NCBI GenBank assembly: GCA_963826335.1
Contig: CAWGXB010000043.1
Span: 6,559-70,558, forward strand
DNA: 64,000 nucleotides
Direction of reading: 5' to 3'
Source of the DNA: Candidatus Acidiferrales bacterium
GTDB taxonomy: Bacteria > Acidobacteriota > Terriglobia > Acidiferrales > UBA7541
Shown: positions 26,337 to 34,607 of the stretch, in pieces
Layout: each line of letters opens with the position of its first letter
Position numbering within the stretch: position 1 is the stretch's first letter
The notes under the pieces: model-generated
What the model saw: the letters and a program-made list of their open reading frames with translations, nothing else
Database searches by the model: none
What the model was told of the DNA's origin: nothing
Program-made: the position numbers and the translations under genes

Positions 26337-27758
26337 TCAGTCGGTGTGCAGTTCGTCTAGCAGCTTGCCTTCACAATCAATCAGGCGGATGTTCATGGCT
26401 AGCAAGCCGTTGGCGTGCGTCGAGCAGCTCAAGCACGGATCGTAAGCCCGCACCACCGCCGATACACGGTTAATCATCCCTTCACTGAGCTTGTTCCCGT
26501 CGATGAAATGCTCGCTGACTTGCTGCACGCTTTTGCCAATCGCTAGATTGTTGTGACCCGTGGCCACAATCAGGTTGGCCCAGGTGATGGCGCCATTTTC
26601 ATCCACTTTGTAGTGATGAATCAGCGTGCCTCGCGGCGCTTCGATGATTCCCACGCCTTCGTTCACGTTTACGCCCGCAACCGCGCGCACATGTGTCTCG
26701 AGAATCCGCGGGTCGTCCAGCAGCGCTTCCATACGTTCCAGCGCGTAAATCACTTCAATCAGCCGCGCGTAATGATACAGGAACGCGCTGTGTGCCACGG
26801 TTCCGAACCGTTGGCGAAATTCCTTTAGCTCCTGATCCGCCTTGGGCGTCCCACAGCTATCGGCAGTGTTCAAGCGTCCCAGCGGGCCTACGCGGTAGAC
26901 ACCAGCAGGGAATCCCTGCGGCTTAAAATAGGGGGCTTTCAGATACGAGTCGCGCAGGCTGGCCTCGCCAATCCATTCGCGGTAGGCGTCGGGCTCAATC
27001 TGGTCCTCAGCAATTTCGCCACTTGCCTTGCGGAAGCGCAGATTGCCGTCGTACAGTTGCAGCCTGCCTTTCGCGTCCACCAGGCCTTCATACATGCTGG
27101 GGAAGGAGCCAAAGAACTCGATCTCTTCCTTGTGATTGTCCAACGCACCCTTGAAGAACTGAATGGTGTGCTCGGCGATCGCTTTGGCCTTGGGAAGCTC
27201 AGCAAGAATATGTTCTCGCGTGTGTGCCGCCAACGGTGTGGCCACGCCTCCGGGCACGATCCATGCCGGATGCACTCGTTCTTGCGCCAAGCCTTCCACC
27301 ACTTGCAGTCCGAATTTACGCAGGTCGATTCCGTCGCGCGCCAATTCCGGATGGCTTGCAATTACGCCAAGAACGTTTCGGGCGGCAGGGTCGGAATCCA
27401 TGCCAAGAAGGAAATCCGGGGCTGACAGGTAGAAGAAACTCAGGGCATGCGATTGCACGATCTGCGCAAAATGCACCAATTCCCGAAGCTTCTTGGCGGC
27501 CGGCGGCACGCGCACGGCCATGATGGCGTCGCAGGCCTTCGATGATGCCAGCAAGTGGCTGATTGGGCAGATTCCGCAGATGCGCGCCGTAATCCCGGGC
27601 ATCTCGTAGAACGGGCGGCCTTCGGTGAACTTCTCGAATCCGCGCACCTGGGTGACATGAAATTCCGTACCCGCCACGTGTCCCTGGTCGTCCAGTTGAA
27701 TGGTGATCTTCGCGTGGCCTTCGATGCGTGTCACGGGCTCGATTGTGATGCGCTTCAT
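26337..27758 (-). CDS. hoxH: Bidirectional [NiFe] hydrogenase large subunit HoxH
   Basis: N-terminal RIEGH and RICGICPISH; C-terminal DPCLSCSTH followed by a 25-aa extension. AAGGAG lies upstream of the ATG. Confidence 0.93.
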   Translation of the reverse strand: MKRITIEPVTRIEGHAKITIQLDDQGHVAGTEFHVTQVRGFEKFTEGRPFYEMPGITARICGICPISHLLASSKACDAIMAVRVPPAAKKLRELVHFAQIVQSHALSFFYLSAPDFLLGMDSDPAARNVLGVIASHPELARDGIDLRKFGLQVVEGLAQERVHPAWIVPGGVATPLAAHTREHILAELPKAKAIAEHTIQFFKGALDNHKEEIEFFGSFPSMYEGLVDAKGRLQLYDGNLRFRKASGEIAEDQIEPDAYREWIGEASLRDSYLKAPYFKPQGFPAGVYRVGPLGRLNTADSCGTPKADQELKEFRQRFGTVAHSAFLYHYARLIEVIYALERMEALLDDPRILETHVRAVAGVNVNEGVGIIEAPRGTLIHHYKVDENGAITWANLIVATGHNNLAIGKSVQQVSEHFIDGNKLSEGMINRVSAVVRAYDPCLSCSTHANGLLAMNIRLIDCEGKLLDELHTD

Positions 27759-27768
27759 TGCAAGCTCC

Positions 27769-28299
27769 TTATCCGAATTTCACGTTCGGATTTGCCGCTG
27801 GCTTTCGTCCTTCTAACAGATCGTTGATGGCGTTCAGAATGGCCTTCGAGGGCGGCGGGCAGCCGGGAAGGAAATAATCCACTTTGACGTATTCGCGTAA
27901 CGGGCGAGCGTGCTTCAGCAGTGTGGGAACTCCGTCCTTGGGGATTACCTTGTTTTCGTCCGACCCTTCCACGTACACCTGCTGCAGCAGCTTGTTGGTG
28001 GGCAGAAAGTTCCTCATTGCCGGAACGTTTCCTGTGACCGCGCAATCTCCCAGCGAAATCAGCACCTGGGTACGCTGCCGAATCTTCTGCAGCTTGTCCA
28101 GGTCGTCCTGTGAACTGACCGCGCCCTCCACCAGCGTAACGTCCACTCCTTCGGGGAATTCCTGCGCGTCCACCAAGGGTCCATAGACCAGATCGATTTT
28201 TCGCCCCAGGGGAATGACGGCCGCATCCATATCCAGCAGCGACATGTGGCAGCCCGAACATCCATCGAGCCATACGGTTGCCACTTTCACTTTTTTCAT
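27769..28299 (-). CDS. hoxY: Bidirectional [NiFe] hydrogenase small subunit HoxY
   Basis: MKKVKVATVWLDGCSGCHMSLLD, 176 aa. ATG 28299 overlaps the hoxU TGA (ATGA). The track ORF extends upstream spuriously. Confidence 0.9.
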   Translation of the reverse strand: MKKVKVATVWLDGCSGCHMSLLDMDAAVIPLGRKIDLVYGPLVDAQEFPEGVDVTLVEGAVSSQDDLDKLQKIRQRTQVLISLGDCAVTGNVPAMRNFLPTNKLLQQVYVEGSDENKVIPKDGVPTLLKHARPLREYVKVDYFLPGCPPPSKAILNAINDLLEGRKPAANPNVKFG

Positions 28300-29009
28300 A
28301 CCGTCACCCCTCTCTTTTCCACCAGAGAAGTAACCACGCCGGGATTCTTCACCATTTGCTCCACCGCCCAGCCCTTTTCCGCCAAAGCTCCGGTCGGGCA
28401 GACCTGCACGCACTTGCCGCAATTGGTGCAGTTCGTTGACTTGCCCCACGGCTCATTCATGTCGCTGACGATGTGAGCGTGAATTCCGCGCGAGACCAGT
28501 TCCCACACATGCGCGCCTTCCAACTCCGCGCAGACACGGACGCAGCGGGTACAGAGAATGCATCGGTTGTGGTCCAGCACGTACCGGGGGTGCGATTGAT
28601 CCACGCGCAAGTGCGGATAGTTGTAGGCGAAACCGACGGTGTCGATGCCCATCGCCGTGGCCATGGATTGCAGTTCGCAATGCCCGTTCGAGACGCACAC
28701 CGCGCAGACGTGATTGCGTTCGATCAGCAGCAGTTCCACGGACATACGCCGGTACCGCGTCAGCTTCGGCGAATTGGTTGTAACCGACATGCCGTCCTGG
28801 ATCGGCGTGGTGCAGGCGGGGAACAAGCGGTCGCTGCCTGAAACTTCTACCAGGCAGATCCGGCAAGCCCCCACCGGGCTGAGCCCGGCAAACGCGCACA
28901 GAGTCGGTATGGATTTGCCGTTGGCGATGGCCGCGTCCAGAATGGTCTGGCCTTCCAGAGCGCTGATCAATTGCCCGTCAATCCGTATAGATAACTTTTT
29001 CGCTGTCAA
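28296..29009 (-). CDS. hoxU: Hydrogenase diaphorase subunit HoxU (NuoG N-terminal-like, 2Fe-2S + 4Fe-4S)
   Basis: IRIDGQ..GQTILDAA..GKSIPTLC...CRICLVEV, plus multiple CxxCxxC ferredoxin motifs. Confidence 0.9.
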   Translation of the reverse strand: MTAKKLSIRIDGQLISALEGQTILDAAIANGKSIPTLCAFAGLSPVGACRICLVEVSGSDRLFPACTTPIQDGMSVTTNSPKLTRYRRMSVELLLIERNHVCAVCVSNGHCELQSMATAMGIDTVGFAYNYPHLRVDQSHPRYVLDHNRCILCTRCVRVCAELEGAHVWELVSRGIHAHIVSDMNEPWGKSTNCTNCGKCVQVCPTGALAEKGWAVEQMVKNPGVVTSLVEKRGVTV

Positions 29010-29022
29010 GGCTCGCTCCTTC

Positions 29023-32000
29023 TCAGCTCACGTTCACTGTCTTGACGTCGCATCGCAAGCAGCGGCACGCTTCGTCATGCGCATCGTCCTGGGTCAATCC
29101 GGTCACGACCTCTTCGTAGGAGTGCGCGCGCGGGCCGGCGGCAATCACCAGTCCGGTGTGGCGGCGGTGAGGGCTCGGTTCCGACGGTGGTTGGTTACTG
29201 TAGGTAACTTCCGGAAACAAACTGCTCCAGCGGTCCGTCTCCATGAGTTGCCGGTCGATGCTACGGGCCGCCTGCTTACCGGAAGCCATCGCGTTGGACA
29301 CATTTGACGCCCCGGTCACCAGGTCTCCGCCGGCATAGAAACGCGCGCGGCTGGTTTCCAGCGAGTAGCGGTTCACGTCGATCGTGCCGCTCTCTTTCAT
29401 GGTCAGCCCCGACGCGCGCACGAAATCCATGTCGACGCCTTCGCCGATCGCGAAGACTACTGAGGTACACTCGATCCGCTGGATCTCATCGGTCAGCACC
29501 GGTTTTCTGCGGCCTGATGTGTCGTACTCGCCCAGCCGCGTCTTCACAATTTCAATGCCTTTGACGTGGCCCTTGTTGTCGCCAATCACACGATGCGGAG
29601 CGGCCAGGAACACAAACTTCGCCCCTTCCTCCCGCGCCGCTTCGGTTTCTTCTTCAATCGCCGGCATATCCTTGCGCTCGCGCCGGTAATACACGGTTAC
29701 TTCCGATCCTTTGCGAAGCGCGGTGCGTGCGGAGTCGATGGCTGCGTTGCCGCCGCCGATGATCACCACTTTCCGGCCGATGGGTACGTCTTCGCCGCTA
29801 GCCACGGCTTCCAGGAAGTTCAACGCGGGATATACGCCTGCCAACTCCGTTCCGGGTTGGTAGACCCACGATTCCTTCCAGGTTCCGATGGCCAGGAAGA
29901 TCATGTCGAAACGGTCGTCCAACTCGTTCAATGGAAGGTCGAAGCCCACGCGCGTATTCAGGACGAATTTCACGCCCAGACGTTCAATCAGCTCAATCTC
30001 GCGCCGCAAACTGCCCTTTGGTAGCCGGTATTCTGGAAGCGCAAATCGCAGCATGCCTCCCGCTTCTGATTTGCCGTCGTAGACGGTGACGTCGTGGCCC
30101 AGCATGGCCAGGTAAAACGCCGCCGTGAGTCCGGCAGGTCCAGCGCCGACAATTGCCACTTTTCTGCCGGTTGGCTCGAGCTTTCGCGCCAGGATTGTCT
30201 GCACCATCTCTTCGTAATTCTCGGATTCAAAAATGGTATCGGCAATGTAGCGGTGTACTTCGCGCATGTTCACGGCCTGGTCAAGCGCCTGGCGGCGGCA
30301 ACGGCTGTCGCACGGGTGCTGGCACACGCGTCCGGTGGAAGAGGGCAGGGGATTGTCCATAATTACAGACAGGAACGCCTCCTGCAGCCGACCTTCTTTG
30401 TAAAGCTGCAGGTATCGCGGAATGTTCATGTGCAGCGGACAACTGTTTTCGCAAGGAGACAGCGCCAATTCCTCGCACACTCCTGCCGGGCAGCGGTGCG
30501 CAAGGATATGGTCCTCAAATTCATTCCGGAAATGCCGTAACGTGGTCAGCACAGGGTTCGGAGCGGTCTGCCCCAGTCCGCACAACGAGCACTCGCGGAT
30601 ATAACGGCCCAATTCGTCCAGCAATTCCAGGTGTTGCGTGCGGCCGGCTCCTTCGGTCACGCGGTTCAGGATTCGCAGGCACTTGTTCAGTCCCACGCGG
30701 CACGGAATGCACTTGCCGCACGATTCGGAATGAGTGAATTCGATGAAGTACCTGGCAACATCCACCATGCAGTTGTCTTCATCCATCACCACCATGCCGC
30801 CCGAACCCATGATGGAGCCAAGCTGCGCCAAGTTTTCATAGTCTACGGGCGTGTCGAACATCTCGTGCGGGATGCATCCTCCCGAAGGACCGCCGGTTTG
30901 CACTGCTTTCACGGTGCGCCCGCCTGCCGCGCCTTCGCCGATGTCGTATACAAACGTCTTCAAGGATGTGCCGAGCGGCATTTCCACCAAGCCGGTGCTC
31001 TTCACTTTTCCCACCAGCGAAAATACCTTGGTGCCGGCGCTCTTCGGGCTACCCGTTTCCGTGAACCAGGCAGGACCGCGCATCACGATGGGCGCGATGT
31101 TGTACCAGGTCTCCACGTTGTTGATGTTCGTCGGTTTGCCCCACAGACCCTTTTGCGCGGGGAACGGAGGCCTCGGCCGCGGTCGTCCCGCTTCGCCTTC
31201 CAGAGAGGCAATCAGCGCCGTCTCTTCCCCGCAGACAAACGCGCCCGCGCCTTCCACCAACGCGATGTCGAACTTGAAACCGCGCCCCAGGATGTTTTCG
31301 CCCAGCATGCCGTATTCTCTGGCTTGTTCGATGGCGCGATTCAGCCGGTGGACCGCCAAGGGGTACTCCGCGCGCACGTAAATGATTCCCTCCGTCGCGC
31401 CCATCACGTAGCCGCCGATAATCATTCCTTCCAAAAGCGAGTGCGGATCGCTCTCGATTTCGTTGCGATTCATGTACGCGCCGGGATCACCTTCGTCGGC
31501 GTTGCAGATGATGTACTTTGGTTCTGTTTTGGCCTTGGCCAGAAATTCCCACTTGTTGCCGGTAAGATAGCCGGCGCCGCCGCGTCCGCGCAGCTTCGAC
31601 GCTTTGATTTGCTCGATTACGTTTTCCGGACGCCCATCGATCAGCACCTTGTAGAGTGCCTGGTATCCGCCCACGGCGATGTATTCTTCAATGTCGTCGG
31701 GATTGATGATCCCGCAATTCCGCAGCACGATCTTCTTCTGCCCTTTGAAAAAGGGTTTGTCGTCCCACATAGGGACTTGCGGATAGCCCTGCCCGTATTT
31801 CAGCCGGCCGGTGATGTGGTCCCACTCTTCGATCTTGCAGAAAATCAATTCCGGATTGATTCTGCCGCTGTGCATGTCGTGAAGAATGCGGCTCGCGTCG
31901 TTCGCTTGCACTCGCTTCAGCATCAGTAGCGGACTTCCCGGCACCCGAACGTTCACCAACGGTTCCTGGTAGCACGCTCCAAAGCAACCCACTTGCGCCA

Positions 32001-32181
32001 GCACCACGTTCATGCCACTGCGTTCCACCGCTTCGGCAAAGGCCTGGTACAGTCCTTCGGCGCCGTTGCCCCGCCCGCACGTCCCCATGCCAATCGCCAC
32101 GCGCGGGACGGAAGGCGTTAGCTTAGCCAGCCCCGCCTCGCGCACTGCATTGAACGCCCCTATATCTAGGATTCGAGGCAT
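29023..32181 (-). CDS. hoxF: HoxF (NuoF-like FMN/NADH module) fused to a GltD/NfnB-like FAD/NAD(P)H oxidoreductase module, 1052 aa
   Basis: aa 1-~565 carry a thioredoxin-like 2Fe-2S domain (GMGTCGRGNGA..VGCFGACYQEP), GRGGAGYLTGNKW, CNADEGDPGAYMNR and ESCGKCIPCRVG. aa ~566-985 carry GltD-type Cys clusters (C..C...CENSCP; GRVCQHPCDSRC), an FAD motif KVAIVGAGPAGLTAA and an NAD(P)H motif KVVIIGGGNAAIDSA. The C-terminal tail has CRCLRC. It is one uninterrupted frame. ATG 32181 lies 2 nt after the hoxE stop. Confidence 0.88.
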   Translation of the reverse strand: MPRILDIGAFNAVREAGLAKLTPSVPRVAIGMGTCGRGNGAEGLYQAFAEAVERSGMNVVLAQVGCFGACYQEPLVNVRVPGSPLLMLKRVQANDASRILHDMHSGRINPELIFCKIEEWDHITGRLKYGQGYPQVPMWDDKPFFKGQKKIVLRNCGIINPDDIEEYIAVGGYQALYKVLIDGRPENVIEQIKASKLRGRGGAGYLTGNKWEFLAKAKTEPKYIICNADEGDPGAYMNRNEIESDPHSLLEGMIIGGYVMGATEGIIYVRAEYPLAVHRLNRAIEQAREYGMLGENILGRGFKFDIALVEGAGAFVCGEETALIASLEGEAGRPRPRPPFPAQKGLWGKPTNINNVETWYNIAPIVMRGPAWFTETGSPKSAGTKVFSLVGKVKSTGLVEMPLGTSLKTFVYDIGEGAAGGRTVKAVQTGGPSGGCIPHEMFDTPVDYENLAQLGSIMGSGGMVVMDEDNCMVDVARYFIEFTHSESCGKCIPCRVGLNKCLRILNRVTEGAGRTQHLELLDELGRYIRECSLCGLGQTAPNPVLTTLRHFRNEFEDHILAHRCPAGVCEELALSPCENSCPLHMNIPRYLQLYKEGRLQEAFLSVIMDNPLPSSTGRVCQHPCDSRCRRQALDQAVNMREVHRYIADTIFESENYEEMVQTILARKLEPTGRKVAIVGAGPAGLTAAFYLAMLGHDVTVYDGKSEAGGMLRFALPEYRLPKGSLRREIELIERLGVKFVLNTRVGFDLPLNELDDRFDMIFLAIGTWKESWVYQPGTELAGVYPALNFLEAVASGEDVPIGRKVVIIGGGNAAIDSARTALRKGSEVTVYYRRERKDMPAIEEETEAAREEGAKFVFLAAPHRVIGDNKGHVKGIEIVKTRLGEYDTSGRRKPVLTDEIQRIECTSVVFAIGEGVDMDFVRASGLTMKESGTIDVNRYSLETSRARFYAGGDLVTGASNVSNAMASGKQAARSIDRQLMETDRWSSLFPEVTYSNQPPSEPSPHRRHTGLVIAAGPRAHSYEEVVTGLTQDDAHDEACRCLRCDVKTVNVS

Positions 32182-32183
32182 AG

Positions 32184-32729
32184 TTATTCTCCCGACCGAA
32201 TTGTCTGGATTTCGCGTTGCAGAGTGCGTTCCGAAACGTGCCCGCAGATGCGATGGTTCACTTCCACAACCGGGGCCAGCGCGCATTGCCCGAAACAAGC
32301 CACCGTGCGCACCGTAAACTTGTTGTCGGCGGTGGTCAGCACCATCTTGTCGGCGGTGTTGCCATCATTGGCCCCGCTATCCTCATCCATCGACAGTCCC
32401 AGGTCCAATTGGACACTCTGCAGCAGGCCCCGCGATCCACGCGTGTGGCAGGCCGTCCCTCGGCAAATGCAAATCGTGTTTTCGCCCTGCGGCTGCAGAT
32501 TGAACAGCGCATAAAACGTCACAACACCGTAGATACGCGAGGGATTCGTCGCCGTTTTGGTGGCAATGTAGCGCAGCGTTTCCATCGGCAGATAATTCTG
32601 CGGATGGCGCTGCTGGACGGCTTCCAGCACGCTCAGCAGGGCGCCGGGCCTGCCGCGGTGGCTGTTAACTTCCTTGTCAATGAAAACGCGTTCTTCGGAT
32701 GCGAGTGTGCCTGCCGGGAGAGTGTCCAT
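32184..32729 (-). CDS. hoxE: Hydrogenase diaphorase subunit HoxE (NuoE-like 2Fe-2S)
   Basis: ATG 32729 follows AGGAG. Sequence: PGALLSVLEAVQ...YGVVTFYALF...ICICRGTACH...CFGQCALAP. Confidence 0.88.
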   Translation of the reverse strand: MDTLPAGTLASEERVFIDKEVNSHRGRPGALLSVLEAVQQRHPQNYLPMETLRYIATKTATNPSRIYGVVTFYALFNLQPQGENTICICRGTACHTRGSRGLLQSVQLDLGLSMDEDSGANDGNTADKMVLTTADNKFTVRTVACFGQCALAPVVEVNHRICGHVSERTLQREIQTIRSGE

Positions 32730-32816
32730 GGGAACTCCTAGTTGGAGAACGCACAACTCCAGATACAAGGTAGACGACCGGAGGTGAAAGACACCACCAC
32801 TCGAGACACAGAGAGC

Positions 32817-32832
32817 TGTGACGCAAATCACA
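32817..32832. promoter_or_regulatory. Perfect CRP/FNR-family palindrome TGTGA-CGCAAA-TCACA
   Basis: Read directly: TGTGA 32817-32821 and TCACA 32828-32832. The centre is about 95 nt upstream of the hoxE ATG, in the hoxE / 33120(+) divergent region. Confidence 0.55.
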
Positions 32833-32904
32833 AGATGTTAACAATTAGAGAAAAAGGATTTGCGAGGGAAGGAAGGGAAAACCGTGCGCTGCGTCACATA
32901 CCCG

Positions 32905-32920
32905 CGTGACGTGCATCACT
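32905..32920. promoter_or_regulatory. Second CRP-like half-conserved site cGTGA-CGTGCA-TCACt
   Basis: GTGA 32906-32909 and TCAC 32916-32919, 88 bp centre-to-centre from the perfect site. It overlaps the inverted repeat CGTCAC(32892-32897)/GTGACG(32906-32911). Confidence 0.35.
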
Positions 32921-33119
32921 ACACTGCTACGTAATTGATTTGCACTATTGTTCCACCCTGTCTTTTGGGTTTTATTGGTTGTAACAAGCGAGAAGTTACA
33001 GAAAACACGCCACACCATTTGGGGTGAACACCAAAAGTCGAGGGTGGCGTCTTTGTGCTCTTTCCAGCAGACGCTGCAAAGAAGATCGGCCAACTTCAGG
33101 CCGAACCGGGTCGACAACT

Positions 33120-34607
33120 GTGCAAGCGGGCCAACAAAATGTCCTTGTTCACGTTCGAGTTACCGCGGCAATTCTCCTGACCATCTGCGCGGTTGCGTTT
33201 GCTTCCGACACCAAGCCATCTTCCACCGCCGGGTCGAGTGTCGCGAAAGCCGCGCGGCCGGACATTGTCTTTGTGCAGGCTGCTGCCTACTCTGACCGCG
33301 GCGGCGCGCAAAGGTTCCCCGAGGGCAGTCGTATCGTCCGTCTGCACTCGCAGACGAATCACGCCGTTCCCGTGGATCTCACGCCGGAGTTTTTCGCGGC
33401 GGCCGACCCGCAAGTAGACTTCAACGCCGCCAGGATCCTTTTTTCCGGACAAAAGGCGCGCGGGGACAAATGGCAAGTTTGGGAGATGGACGCTGACGGG
33501 TCGCACCAGCGACAGGTGACTCGGTGCGCCGAAGATTGCCTGCGCCCGGGGTATTTGCCTGGCGACGAACTTGTGTTCACCGTGCTTGAAGAAAAGGACG
33601 GCAGCCTGGCATCCCACCTGGCTGTAGCGAATAGTGAAGGATCCAACGTCCACCCGATTACGTTCTCGCCGGGAGACTGGTGGTTCGAAACAGTGCTTCG
33701 CGACGGACGGGTTCTCGCGTCCGCTTCGTGGCCTCTGTCTTCTTCCAACCCGCAGGGTTCAGCGCCGCGTTTGTTCTATACCCTGCGGCCTGACGGCGCG
33801 GCGATGGATGCCTTCCGCTGCGAGCACCAACCATCGATCGTACGCGAAGATGCGCAAGAATTAGAGGATGGCTCCATCATCTATATCAGCACGGCGGTTC
33901 ATCCTTCGGAGACCGGCGGGGAACTGACCGAAATTCAACGCGGCGCGCTTGCGGAGAACGAGATCGAGTCCTCGGGAGCCGGCTATCTTTCGCCGCGACC
34001 CTACTTCCAGAACCAACTGATCGTTTCTCGCCAGCAAAGCCAAAGTTCCGGCGCACCCCAGAAATTCGCGTTGTATTCCTTCGATTTGCAGAAGCAGGTG
34101 CTTGGCCCGGTCATATATAGCGATGCGCATCTCTCCAGCATTCAGGCTGTCGCGCTTGCGGCGCATGCTGTGCCCAAGAAGTTCTGGAGCACGCTGAATC
34201 CCGATTCGAAGTTCGGCTACTTCATTTCGTTGGACAGCTATTCTTCGGCCGATGCGCCGAATGGCCGCGTCGCGTCTGCAATTGCCCAGGTTCGTGTGGT
34301 CACGCGCCGCTCTGGAGAGAATCAGGATTTTATTTTGGGTCAGGCCCCGGTCGAAAAAGATGGTTCCTTCTACGTGGAAGTGCCCGCGAACCAGCCGGTT
34401 CGGTTTGAGCTTCTCGACGCCGATGGCAAGTTGATTATCGCCGAAAAAAGCTGGATTTGGGCCCGTCCCGGCGAACAGCGAGGCTGCGCCGGTTGTCACG
34501 GCGATAAAGCGTTGGCCCCGGAAAATCGTTGGCCCATGACGCTGAAGAGATTCGATACACCAACGCATCTGGATAAAACTGAAAATGCTTCCGCAAAAAC
34601 AAACTAA
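33120..34607 (+). CDS. Secreted TolB/PD40-like beta-propeller protein with C-terminal CXXCH motif (HzsA-middle-domain-like)
   Basis: GTG 33120 gives a signal-like N-terminus (..VTAAILLTICAVAFA); the track start at 33024 is also possible. The C-terminus has SWIWARPGEQRGCAGCHGDK (CAGCH = nt 34485-34499). The family assignment is from memory of this conserved C-terminal motif. Confidence 0.6.
   Translation: MQAGQQNVLVHVRVTAAILLTICAVAFASDTKPSSTAGSSVAKAARPDIVFVQAAAYSDRGGAQRFPEGSRIVRLHSQTNHAVPVDLTPEFFAAADPQVDFNAARILFSGQKARGDKWQVWEMDADGSHQRQVTRCAEDCLRPGYLPGDELVFTVLEEKDGSLASHLAVANSEGSNVHPITFSPGDWWFETVLRDGRVLASASWPLSSSNPQGSAPRLFYTLRPDGAAMDAFRCEHQPSIVREDAQELEDGSIIYISTAVHPSETGGELTEIQRGALAENEIESSGAGYLSPRPYFQNQLIVSRQQSQSSGAPQKFALYSFDLQKQVLGPVIYSDAHLSSIQAVALAAHAVPKKFWSTLNPDSKFGYFISLDSYSSADAPNGRVASAIAQVRVVTRRSGENQDFILGQAPVEKDGSFYVEVPANQPVRFELLDADGKLIIAEKSWIWARPGEQRGCAGCHGDKALAPENRWPMTLKRFDTPTHLDKTENASAKTN

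Noticed and set aside
30631-31929. 432-aa plus-strand ORF inside the hoxF region
   Set aside because: It is entirely antisense to a strongly supported HoxF coding sequence. The product is Arg/Ala/His-rich and low in complexity with no recognisable motifs, which is typical of a shadow ORF in GC-rich DNA.
32845-33117. 90-aa minus-strand ORF in the hoxE divergent region
   Set aside because: It lies in the AT-richer promoter region and overlaps the CRP-like site 2. It has no RBS, and the Cys/Trp/Phe-rich sequence looks random. The region is better explained as regulatory DNA.
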